64,000 nt of DNA from a virus (taxonomy: Duplodnaviria > Caudoviricetes), in the IMG/VR virus record IMGVR_UViG_3300033463_000045, positions 48,266 through 112,265 of that record; one strand, 5' to 3'. Made by a program: the position numbers and the translations under genes. The notes below the pieces were generated by a model. It searched no databases and was not told the origin of the DNA. It saw only the letters and a list, made by a program, of their open reading frames with translations. Of the stretch, positions 40,549 through 49,784 are shown in pieces (the first letter of the stretch is position 1; each line of letters opens with the position of its first letter).

Positions 40549-41322
40549 ATGGCAAAAACATTTACTCAAACATTTAGAAATGTCTCTGCAGTTAATGTTG
40601 TATTACCAGCAAACTATGTAGAACTTGAATCTACAATAGATACTTCTGGTAATAATATGACAGGTTCTTATTGGTTTCATTGGCATGAACCAGAAGGATT
40701 TAACTGTTATGGTGTTTCTTATTTATGGTATATAAGACTTCTTGATGACCATGGTAATACTATAAAAGATATAAATGTTACTACAACTAATGTAAATAAT
40801 AAAGGTGAGAGAGTATTTTATTATCCAGCAAGTACAAGTCAATCTTTCCCAGTTAATGCATCTAATATTAGAACAGAAGCTATTTTAGATAGATATGCAA
40901 ATGATAATGGTATTCCAAGACATGATGTTGTAGGAACTCCTTATTGGAGTAAAGTACAAGCATGTAAAAGAGGAGAACAAGTAAGAGTTCCCGATAATAC
41001 AAGAATGACTTTTTCTATTCCAATGTCTGAAATACCAAATAACGCCAAAGCTTATTGTAATCATGTTATATTTGCTCAATATACATGGAATGGTCATCAA
41101 CAAGACCCTACAGACCCAGTAAATCAATTTGGAGTATATGATTTTCCAAGTGCAGGTCAAGCAATAAGTGATGATAGTACAATAATAGATTTTGCATCTA
41201 AGTTATATCTTAGAAATGGTAATTGGCAAGATACAGCAAGAATATGGCATAAAGAAAATGGAATATGGATTAAAAGATATTTATATAAAAAGATTAATGG
41301 TACTTGGACAAAGTTACCATAA
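40549..41322 (+). CDS. Putative receptor-binding/tail accessory protein
   Basis: C-terminal (K-x-N-G-x-W) repeats. Confidence 0.45.
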   Translation: MAKTFTQTFRNVSAVNVVLPANYVELESTIDTSGNNMTGSYWFHWHEPEGFNCYGVSYLWYIRLLDDHGNTIKDINVTTTNVNNKGERVFYYPASTSQSFPVNASNIRTEAILDRYANDNGIPRHDVVGTPYWSKVQACKRGEQVRVPDNTRMTFSIPMSEIPNNAKAYCNHVIFAQYTWNGHQQDPTDPVNQFGVYDFPSAGQAISDDSTIIDFASKLYLRNGNWQDTARIWHKENGIWIKRYLYKKINGTWTKLP

Positions 41323-41341
41323 TATGAAAGGAATGATTTAA

Positions 41342-41809
41342 ATGTCATTAATTAATTCAGGTGTAATAGCGTCACCTGCTATAGAATTTGGAGACCCTAA
41401 TGACCCTAATTTTAGTGGTACTTTAACTTTAAGTACTATGGAATCAGTTACATTAGAACCTGGATTCTATATAATAAAAGATTCTAAAACTATAGATGGT
41501 CAGACAGCAGATATTTGGAACGTTACATGTTTAGGAAATAATGATGCAAGTAATCCAGTATGTTATATGCAAGTATGGATTCCAGCTTCAAGTACAGGTT
41601 TAACTGTAGCAAACCAAAATATTTATGTAAGAACAATAAATTCTGCAGGAACTGGTTATGGAAATTTTACTACATTTGTAAATAAAGATTTTTTAACTGA
41701 TAATGCAGCAATGAATAAAACAGGAAATCCTTTAGAAATATATGCTCAAAATTCTTCTCCTACACCAGTAGTAGGAAAGAATATAATTTGGATAGATACA
41801 TCAAGTTAG
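41342..41809 (+). CDS. Tail fibre-associated protein
   Basis: PGFY..Q.W..IYVR pyocin-knob-like pattern; IWIDTS end. Confidence 0.45.
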   Translation: MSLINSGVIASPAIEFGDPNDPNFSGTLTLSTMESVTLEPGFYIIKDSKTIDGQTADIWNVTCLGNNDASNPVCYMQVWIPASSTGLTVANQNIYVRTINSAGTGYGNFTTFVNKDFLTDNAAMNKTGNPLEIYAQNSSPTPVVGKNIIWIDTSS

Positions 41810-41831
41810 TTTATTAATGGAGGAATAATTT

Positions 41832-41981
41832 ATGGGTTATATATTATTATTCTTTGGAGGTTGTTTACTGGGCATGACTATCATGACAGTGATTCTTTCA
41901 GCGAAATCAATATACTTACAAAGTAAAGTAGATAATCTAGAAAATAAACTAAGAAAAATACAAAAATTAAAAAGGAAGTGA
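41832..41981 (+). CDS. Small membrane protein (49 aa, missed by the ORF track)
   Basis: GGAGG RBS; MGYILLFFGGCLLGMTIMTVILSAK... Confidence 0.6.
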   Translation: MGYILLFFGGCLLGMTIMTVILSAKSIYLQSKVDNLENKLRKIQKLKRK

Positions 41982-41985
41982 TTAG

Positions 41986-43014
41986 ATGGCAGTAGTATCT
42001 GGTGAAGCTCCTTTAAAAAACTCCGGTGGTTATGTTTGGGGTGGAGCAATTATTGAAATTACCTATACTGCAGGTAATGGAGCAATAACAATTAATCAAA
42101 TAAGAGGTAAAGCAGCAAATAGTCAAGGTGGTCCATACAACTACAATTCCATAACTCATACATTAACATATCCTGGTGGTACTGGCACAATAACAACAAG
42201 AAATGCAACATTTAATAGTACTTCTTGGCAAACATGGACATTAGATGGAACAACTACATTTTATGGTTCTGGTTCTGGTGCATTTAAATTTACTTTAAGT
42301 AGCAGTTTTCCAACTATTCCTGGTTATGTATATGATTTTGGAACAATAGATATTGGAACACCAACATATACACCATCAGTTACAGCGCCATCAGTATCAG
42401 CATCAAGAACATCTGTATCTTATTCATTTAGTGTCACTGATTCAGGTGGTGCAGCAATAACAAGTAGTGGTGTTGATTTAAGTTTAACTTCATTTGGTAA
42501 TGTAGTTGCATCGGGTAGTGGAACTTCTAATACAATTAATGGATTAACACCAAATACAACTTATTATGCTCGTTCATTTGCATTTAATGGCAGTTATACA
42601 GGTTATAGTTCAACTTATCCATCATTTAGAACAACAGGAAATCCGCCAGTAATTACTAGTGTATCAGAGGCTCCAACATTAGATTCTTGTACATTAACAA
42701 TTAATGTAACTTATGATACTAATGCTACTTGGGCGGCAGGTCTAGTAGAATATGGTACAACACAATCTTATGGAAGTTCAACACCAAGTAATATTATTCA
42801 AGGATTAAATTCTGGAACGACTTATTACTATAGAGTTACAATAACAGATACTGAAGGTAGGTCTGGAACATATACAAGTAGTTTTACAACATTATCAGAT
42901 AGTAAAGTATTTTATTCATCTGCAGGAGGAAGTTTTGTAAAAAGAAAGCTATATATCTCTATTAATGGTGATGCATATAAATTAGTACAAGGAAATAAAA
43001 TAAATATTATTTAA
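41986..43014 (+). CDS. Fibronectin type III-domain virion protein
   Basis: INGLTPNTTYYARSFA and IQGLNSGTTYYYRV. Confidence 0.75.
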   Translation: MAVVSGEAPLKNSGGYVWGGAIIEITYTAGNGAITINQIRGKAANSQGGPYNYNSITHTLTYPGGTGTITTRNATFNSTSWQTWTLDGTTTFYGSGSGAFKFTLSSSFPTIPGYVYDFGTIDIGTPTYTPSVTAPSVSASRTSVSYSFSVTDSGGAAITSSGVDLSLTSFGNVVASGSGTSNTINGLTPNTTYYARSFAFNGSYTGYSSTYPSFRTTGNPPVITSVSEAPTLDSCTLTINVTYDTNATWAAGLVEYGTTQSYGSSTPSNIIQGLNSGTTYYYRVTITDTEGRSGTYTSSFTTLSDSKVFYSSAGGSFVKRKLYISINGDAYKLVQGNKINII

Positions 43015-43250
43015 TAAGAAAAATGAATATATTTAGATGACACCAGAGCATCGTAATTTTAAAAAATGATAAATTATATTAGACATAAAAATTATACCTT
43101 AGAGTGTCTCTATAGTGAAATTTCAAAAATTTAAAAGTTTCTATTTACTTTTAAATTTTTTTATTTTACAATGAATTAAAGTAATAAAAAGGTAGTATAT
43201 AATATGCATGTCATAGTATGTATTAGCATTCATAGAAATGGAGGTAAATT

Positions 43251-43973
43251 ATGAATCAAAATATTACTAAAACAGAGACAGAACAATTATTAAACAACAT
43301 TGGTATGACAATGGAAGGTGTTTATGACATTGTTAAGAAAGGAGTAGCAAATCGATTTAGACAAGTTTCTCAATTATGGGGATATGACACAGTAGATGAT
43401 TTAGTTCAAAGCTTAATGCTTTATTACTTATCACCTATGAAAAGTACAAAAGAAATAAGATTAAATTATTATATTAAAAAATATAATGATAAAAAACATT
43501 TAGAAAATCAGATTAGGTTAGTAGCATATCAATGGCCAATATGTCAAGCAAGAAGAAAAGAAATAAAAAATAAACCTATAAGTTTTGATAGAGATTTTAA
43601 TGTAGATTCAGATGATAATTCTTTAGCAGTTATTGAAACGATTCCAGATGAAAGTTCAATAGCACAAGTAGAAGATAAACTTATGATTGAAGATTTAATA
43701 AATAGATTAACTGAATTATTAAATCAATTAAATTTAGAAGCATTAAGAGAAAAATCTAAAAAAGATTCATTATCATTTTTAATCGATATGGACAATTATA
43801 TTATAGTTTATAATCAAACTAAAATACAATTAAGTTTATTTAAAGACTTATATTATGGTTATAAAAGATGTGAATTAAATAAAAAATATAATAATTATAG
43901 TAAACATTTAATGGTTTTAAAGAACGCTTTATCAAAAATCTATACTCAATATGATATGCAAAAAACTATTTAA
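43251..43973 (+). CDS. Putative phage sigma-factor-like protein
   Basis: DDLVQ region-2-like segment and ISFD...ETIPD region-3-like segment; divergent. Confidence 0.45.
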   Translation: MNQNITKTETEQLLNNIGMTMEGVYDIVKKGVANRFRQVSQLWGYDTVDDLVQSLMLYYLSPMKSTKEIRLNYYIKKYNDKKHLENQIRLVAYQWPICQARRKEIKNKPISFDRDFNVDSDDNSLAVIETIPDESSIAQVEDKLMIEDLINRLTELLNQLNLEALREKSKKDSLSFLIDMDNYIIVYNQTKIQLSLFKDLYYGYKRCELNKKYNNYSKHLMVLKNALSKIYTQYDMQKTI

Positions 43974-44096
43974 ACTTAAAGCATCTATAAAAAGATGCTT
44001 TTATTTTGTAATATTTTGTAATATTTTGATGCAATTTTATAATAAATTTATTTTTTCGATAATATTTCATAATATATAATAGGAAGGAGATTATTT

Positions 44097-44474
44097 ATGA
44101 AATTAATGCATGATTTTTTATTAGTAAAAGAAATAGAAGAAAATAGTGTTATTGAAGGAACAAATTTAAAAAGAAAGTTTGATGATTCAGATACTTTTAT
44201 GAATGTAGAAATTGTTGATATATCTAGTGAATTATCTATGGAATATGCTAAGTATTATAATTTAGATTTAGTTAATGCTCATAATGATATTAAAAGATTA
44301 GTTAATACTTTCTATAAGAAAGGAAATACAGCTATTATAAGAAGAATTAGCAAGGTTCCATATGAAAATGGTTTATATTTTTGTTCATTTAAAGATATAA
44401 TTGCAATTACTTCAGATGTTGATTTAAAAGTAGAAGAAGATTTAAAATTTAAACAAATGAATCTTTTTGAATAA
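44097..44474 (+). CDS. GroES-like co-chaperonin
   Basis: MKLMHDFLLVKEIEE...KKGNTAI...KDIIAI parallels GroES termini. Confidence 0.5.
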   Translation: MKLMHDFLLVKEIEENSVIEGTNLKRKFDDSDTFMNVEIVDISSELSMEYAKYYNLDLVNAHNDIKRLVNTFYKKGNTAIIRRISKVPYENGLYFCSFKDIIAITSDVDLKVEEDLKFKQMNLFE

Positions 44475-44508
44475 ATTTCATAATATATAATAAGAAAGGA
44501 GAATAAAT

Positions 44509-44934
44509 ATGCCAGAAGATATTAAGGCAAATGAAGAATTAGTAGAATTAGAAAAGAAAATAATTAATGATGCTAAAGTATATGTTTACAATGTCATGAA
44601 TTTTGAAGGCGAGTATAGCGAAGAAAAGTACAAAGACATGGTAGATAAATCAGTTGAAAAGATTAAAGCAAATGAAGAACCAGTATTTAGTGTATATGAA
44701 CCATCTATGATGCAAGCTAATTTAACTACTTTGATGCAAGGTTATCAATTCTTTGGAACAGCATTTATTAACAATTTAGTTAATAATGACCCTGAATCAG
44801 CAAAAGTTATTTTAGAATCAGTTACTCAAGATTGGTTTGATTTACAAGATTTCATTAAAAGTGTATCAAGTAAAATGGAAGAAGCAATTAAGCAAAATCA
44901 AGAAAAGTTAAAAGAAGAAACTAAAGAAAATTAA
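44509..44934 (+). CDS. Hypothetical protein
   Basis: Promoter motif and RBS. Confidence 0.65.
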   Translation: MPEDIKANEELVELEKKIINDAKVYVYNVMNFEGEYSEEKYKDMVDKSVEKIKANEEPVFSVYEPSMMQANLTTLMQGYQFFGTAFINNLVNNDPESAKVILESVTQDWFDLQDFIKSVSSKMEEAIKQNQEKLKEETKEN

Positions 44935-44950
44935 GAGAGGAAATTTAGAT

Positions 44951-45871
44951 ATGAATTTAGAAGAAGAATTAAAAATGGTTACTAGTTCAGTACCAGTTCA
45001 ACAAGAATCTACACCAGTAGTAAATACGGTTGCTACACCAATACAAGTTGCAGAAGAAGTTAAACAAGAACAACTTCAATCTCAAGCTCAAGTAGTACAA
45101 CCTACACAAACTATGATGTTTGGAGGAACTGCAATGCAACCAATGACTGCTATGCCAAATACTGCTCCAATTAATACAGCAGGATATATGCAAGTACAAC
45201 ATACTGCAGCTGATGAAGCAGGAGTTAGACAAATTCAATTTGGACAAACTATTAATACAAATCCTATTCAAATTATTAAATTAAATGTAGGAGAAAAAAT
45301 TAGATTTACATTATTAGAGCAAGATGTTAAACCATTAGTATTTCATTATTCAGAAGCACTAGGAGCAGGAACCACTAGAGGAAAAAGAATACCTTGTTGG
45401 TCTACGGGTACTTATACAGCAAGATGTTGTATTGACTTAGGAAAACCTAAATCAAGATATTATTTACCTGTATTAGTATATCCTACAATGCCAAATGACC
45501 CTAATACAATTATTCCTAATGCTAAAGGACAATTTAAAGTATTAATGACTTGGGATGATATTATTTATAATGCAATCGCAGATTATGCTATTAATACTAA
45601 TTGCAATGTAGATTTTATTGCAACAGGTAAAGATACTTATGGTGGATTAGATGTAAGAAATCAAGTTAATACATATAGAAGTCAATTTACAAATGATATT
45701 AATGAAGGTATTCAAAATTGGAGAAGATGTAAAGATATGATTCCATCAATGGTTAGAGAAAGTATGACTGAAGAAGAATATGTAAGAAGACTTTCTGAAG
45801 TTCAAAATGTAATTAGTGCAGCTCCACAAAATAATTATTCAAATTATAATAATTATAATAATATAATGTAA
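44951..45871 (+). CDS. Putative single-stranded DNA-binding protein (gp32-like)
   Basis: H..C..CC cluster, RYYLPVLVY, position before the polymerase; weak. Confidence 0.4.
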   Translation: MNLEEELKMVTSSVPVQQESTPVVNTVATPIQVAEEVKQEQLQSQAQVVQPTQTMMFGGTAMQPMTAMPNTAPINTAGYMQVQHTAADEAGVRQIQFGQTINTNPIQIIKLNVGEKIRFTLLEQDVKPLVFHYSEALGAGTTRGKRIPCWSTGTYTARCCIDLGKPKSRYYLPVLVYPTMPNDPNTIIPNAKGQFKVLMTWDDIIYNAIADYAINTNCNVDFIATGKDTYGGLDVRNQVNTYRSQFTNDINEGIQNWRRCKDMIPSMVRESMTEEEYVRRLSEVQNVISAAPQNNYSNYNNYNNIM

Positions 45872-45949
45872 TTAGATTATATTAAAGCATCTTTTATAGA
45901 TGCTTTTATTTTGCGATATTTCATAATATATAATATAAGGAGGAATATT

Positions 45950-47206
45950 ATGGCAGGAATAATTGAACAAGATTTTACTCATTGGTGTAAACCAGTTCCC
46001 TTAAATGATGATTATCCTGATAAATTTGATTTAAAATGCATAACTTCAATAGAAGAATTAAATAATATTTTAAATAGTTATAAAAAAGAAGATGGAACTT
46101 ATCCTATGATGGGATTTGATACAGAAACAACAGGTTTAAATCCAGAAGAATGTAATATTGTAGGTTACTCATTTTCATTTGACGAAATTCATGCTTATTA
46201 TGTTCCAGTAAAACATACTAATATTGAAGAAGCTGAAAAAGATGAAAATGGAAATATAATTAAATACCCAAAAGTTTATATATCATTAGGTGACGAAACA
46301 TTAGATATTATTTATAATGTAATGTTAAATTGTGAATTGGTATTAATGTATAATGCTAGATTTGATATAAGAATGGTGAAATGGTATAAGTTTAGCGAGT
46401 CAGATGATAATTATAAAAACGAATTTATAACTAATGCTAGAATGAATTTTAAATATAATATGTCTAAAGTAAATGTATATGATATTCAAGTTATGATTTG
46501 GGCAACAGATACAGCACATTATATGCCTAAATTAAAATGGGCAGAATTACAATTTTTAGGTTGGAGAAGTAATACATTTCAAGAAACAAGTGGAGATGCA
46601 GGAAATTTTGGTTTATTAGACCCAGAAGACCCAATAACTTATAAATATGCAGCCACAGACGCATTGGCATTAATAATGTTATATAATAAATTAAAATGGG
46701 TTAGAGATGAAGCAGGTTTATCTTTACAAATGCATGCTAATGGAAAAATAATGCCTTTAACTTATTTTGAAGAAACTCCTATTTTTGCAGATGTAGAGTT
46801 ATTAAAAAAGCAATCAAATTTTTATCATACTAAAGTAGATGAAATAGAAAAAAGAATATATAATATTGTAGGTTATGAATTTAATATAGCATCAGGACCT
46901 TCTAGAGCAAAAGCATTTAAAGATAAAAATATAATTATAATGGAAAAAACAGATTCAGGAGCAATCGCTACTGGCGCAAGTGTATTAGAAAAAATACAAA
47001 AAGAATTAGACCCAGATTCAGAACAATATATTTTAATATCTTTATGTATTGAATATTTACATATTAAAAAGATGTTAAGTACATATATTGATAGTTTATT
47101 AGAACAAACAACTACAGATAGTCCAATATATAAAACAGGTTTATTTAGATATAGTTATAGAAATACTGCAACCGTTTCAGGTAGATATGCTGGAGGTAAA
47201 TTTTAA
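45950..47206 (+). CDS. polA: Family A DNA polymerase, N-terminal part (3'-5' exonuclease and thumb)
   Basis: FDTETTG, YNARFD, YAATDA, EFNIAS, TATVSGR; ATG 45950 follows AGGAGG. Confidence 0.85.
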   Translation: MAGIIEQDFTHWCKPVPLNDDYPDKFDLKCITSIEELNNILNSYKKEDGTYPMMGFDTETTGLNPEECNIVGYSFSFDEIHAYYVPVKHTNIEEAEKDENGNIIKYPKVYISLGDETLDIIYNVMLNCELVLMYNARFDIRMVKWYKFSESDDNYKNEFITNARMNFKYNMSKVNVYDIQVMIWATDTAHYMPKLKWAELQFLGWRSNTFQETSGDAGNFGLLDPEDPITYKYAATDALALIMLYNKLKWVRDEAGLSLQMHANGKIMPLTYFEETPIFADVELLKKQSNFYHTKVDEIEKRIYNIVGYEFNIASGPSRAKAFKDKNIIIMEKTDSGAIATGASVLEKIQKELDPDSEQYILISLCIEYLHIKKMLSTYIDSLLEQTTTDSPIYKTGLFRYSYRNTATVSGRYAGGKF

Positions 47207-47242
47207 TTAAAAACATAATATATAAAAAGGAGAGTGATGCTC

Positions 47243-48421
47243 ATGGCTACCAGTGATTTTTTAATCAATGGTAATCCGTAATTACCACAGAACGTCCCAA
47301 AATTAAAAGGAGGAGATGTAATGTTCTATGTTGCTACAAAAGAACAAATAGAATCATTGCATCCTGAACTAATAAATTATGAACCTAATAAAACAAGATG
47401 TTTTTATAAATATGATAATGGTGAAGTAAGATTTTTTGATAGAATCTTTAATTATTATTTTAGTGATAGACCATGGGGTTTAGAACAAGAATATTTAGCA
47501 GAAGGATTAGACCAACAATGGGTAGATAAAATAGATTATTTATCATTAAATATTAGAAATACTCATAAAGCTCCAGATGGTTGGACATTTGTATGTTTAG
47601 ATTATAGTGCTGAAGAAATTAGATTAGGTGCAATTAATACCGGTTGTAAACTATATACAGAAGCATTTCAAGCAGGAAAAGATATTCATACATTAGTTGG
47701 AGAACAAACATGGGGTTACGATGTATATCATAGTAATAAAAAGAAATATCGTAAAATGGCTAAAATATTAAATTTTAATATGCAATATGGTGGAACAGCT
47801 TTTGGAGCAGCTAGATTATTAAATTGTTCTGTTGAAGAAGCTGAAGATACTCTTAATCGATTCAAAAGCGCATTACAAGACCATTTTACAGTTCAAGATT
47901 CTCAAGTAATAAAAACGCATCAAACATTATGCGAACATACATTTTTTGGTTTACCAATAAGATTACATAGACAATATAATAGTAAAACTTATAAAGAAGT
48001 TTCTCAAGGTGAAAGACTTGCAAAGAATTGTCGAATTCAAGGAACAGGAGCAGATATATTATCTATTGCATTTATGCGATTATGGAAAAAGATATGGAAA
48101 GAATTATCTCATCCAGAAGATTATATTAGATTTCAAATAACAGTTCATGATGAAATAGATTTTCTAATTAGAAATGATGTTTTACAAATATTAATTCCTA
48201 AAGTAATTGATTGCATGACAATACAAATGCCAGAATGGAAAATACCATTAGCGGTAGGTTTATCTTTAGGACCAACATTTGGACAGCAATACGAATGGGA
48301 ATATTCATCTAAAGAAGAAGGTTATAAATTATTAGGACCTGCATTAGAAGAAGCAAAACCTCAAGTTAAAGAAGAAAAGAAAGAAGAAGAGGTTAAGGAA
48401 GAAATTAAAATAGAATTTTAG
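47243..48421 (+). CDS. polA: Family A DNA polymerase, C-terminal catalytic part; in-frame TAA at 47279-47281
   Basis: QNVP, DYSAEEIR (motif A), RKMAKILNFNMQYG (B), IQGTGAD, VHDE (C); own promoter motif and RBS before ATG 47243. Confidence 0.8.
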
Positions 48422-48429
48422 GTGATTAT

Positions 48430-48897
48430 ATGGAAAGACGAGATAAAATAAATTATTATTTAGATATTGCTGAGACTGTATCAGAACGTTCTACATGTCT
48501 TAGGAGACATTATGGGTCTGTTTTAGTTAAGAATGATATAATTATATCAACAGGCTATAATGGAAGCCCTAGAGGTATTCAGAATTGCTCAGAATGTGGT
48601 TTCTGTCGTAGAGAGAATTGTCAAAGAGGAACTAATTATAATTTATGTCCTGGAGTACATAGTGAGATGAACTCTATAATAAATTGCGATAGAAGTGAAA
48701 TGATAGGAAGCATATTATATTTAGTAGGTAAAGAAATAGATAATAATTATGTTAATGATGCAAATCCTTGTGCTTTATGTAAGAGATTAATTATTAATTC
48801 TGGAATAGAAAAAGTAATTATAAGAAAAGATAAAAACAATTATTTAATAATAAATACTAATAATTGGACTTTAGAAGATATTACAGGAGCTTATTAA
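48430..48897 (+). CDS. dCMP deaminase
   Basis: RSTC, GYNGSP, HSEMN, PCALC. Confidence 0.92.
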   Translation: MERRDKINYYLDIAETVSERSTCLRRHYGSVLVKNDIIISTGYNGSPRGIQNCSECGFCRRENCQRGTNYNLCPGVHSEMNSIINCDRSEMIGSILYLVGKEIDNNYVNDANPCALCKRLIINSGIEKVIIRKDKNNYLIINTNNWTLEDITGAY

Positions 48898-48909
48898 TAG
48901 CTCTTTTTA

Positions 48910-48937
48910 TTTACATTTTGGTAAAATATGGTATAAT
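48910..48937 (+). promoter_or_regulatory. Early promoter TTTACA-N16-TATAAT
   Basis: Similar to 5292 and 11691. Confidence 0.6.
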
Positions 48938-48963
48938 ATAATAATATTAAAGGAGTTGAAAAT

Positions 48964-49383
48964 GTGAAAGATTTAGGAATAACAGATTATACTTGTAATG
49001 GTAAATGTTCTAATTGTGGTCAATGCTGTGGTGATATATTACATTTATCTCATAAAGAAATAAAAAGAATAAAAGAATATGTTAAGAAAAATAAAATAGA
49101 AGCAACACCAAAAATAGTATTTGCTTCTATAGATAATACATGTCCATTTAGAGATAATAAAAATAAAAAATGTAAAATATATGAAGTAAGACCAGATATT
49201 TGCAGAAGTTTTATTTGTAATTTAAAAAATGAAGATATTTATAATAATAGAGAAAAGAATAATAATCTTAGACTTGCTAGAAGTATGAGACAATTATTTT
49301 ATAATGATAAAGATAATGCTATTAAAATGATTAATTATTTAAATTATATTATTTATGATGAGAATGATAAAATAATTAAATAA
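48964..49383 (+). CDS. YkgJ-family cysteine-cluster (Fe-S/Zn) protein
   Basis: CSNCGQCC...CPF...CKIYEVRPDICRSF. Confidence 0.85.
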   Translation: MKDLGITDYTCNGKCSNCGQCCGDILHLSHKEIKRIKEYVKKNKIEATPKIVFASIDNTCPFRDNKNKKCKIYEVRPDICRSFICNLKNEDIYNNREKNNNLRLARSMRQLFYNDKDNAIKMINYLNYIIYDENDKIIK

Positions 49384-49428
49384 AAACATAATATATAATA
49401 TAGATAATATTTAGAAGGAGGCGATATT

Positions 49429-49770
49429 ATGTATAATGAAGATGCTATAGAAAGGGATGCTTTAATTGCTGATATTATTGCATTAGGTAAAAATTATAAA
49501 TTTTATAAATATACTAATGCTCAATTATGGAATATTAAAATGAAATTAATTGCTGCTCAAAAGAAAGAATTACAAGAAACTAGAGCAAGAATTGAAGAAA
49601 TGAAGAAAAGAGAAGAAGAAAAGAAAAAAGAAATATTACAACCTAGATTTACAGAAATTATTAGTGGTGATGTTTCTTATTATCAAGATAATGAAACAGG
49701 ACAAATGTTATTATTTAAACCAACTGAAGAAGAAATAATGAGGTTAACTAAGAAAAGAAAAAGAAAATAA
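49429..49770 (+). CDS. Hypothetical coiled-coil protein
   Basis: Promoter motif and RBS. Confidence 0.6.
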   Translation: MYNEDAIERDALIADIIALGKNYKFYKYTNAQLWNIKMKLIAAQKKELQETRARIEEMKKREEEKKKEILQPRFTEIISGDVSYYQDNETGQMLLFKPTEEEIMRLTKKRKRK

Positions 49771-49784
49771 AGGAGGTGATGCTA

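Noticed and set aside
44003-44029. Short tandem repeat TTTTGTAATA
   Set aside because: About 2.5 copies in AT-rich intergenic DNA, consistent with slippage.
47207-47320. Group I intron or split intein in polA
   Set aside because: The gap is far too short for a group I core, and no intein terminal residues or blocks are visible.
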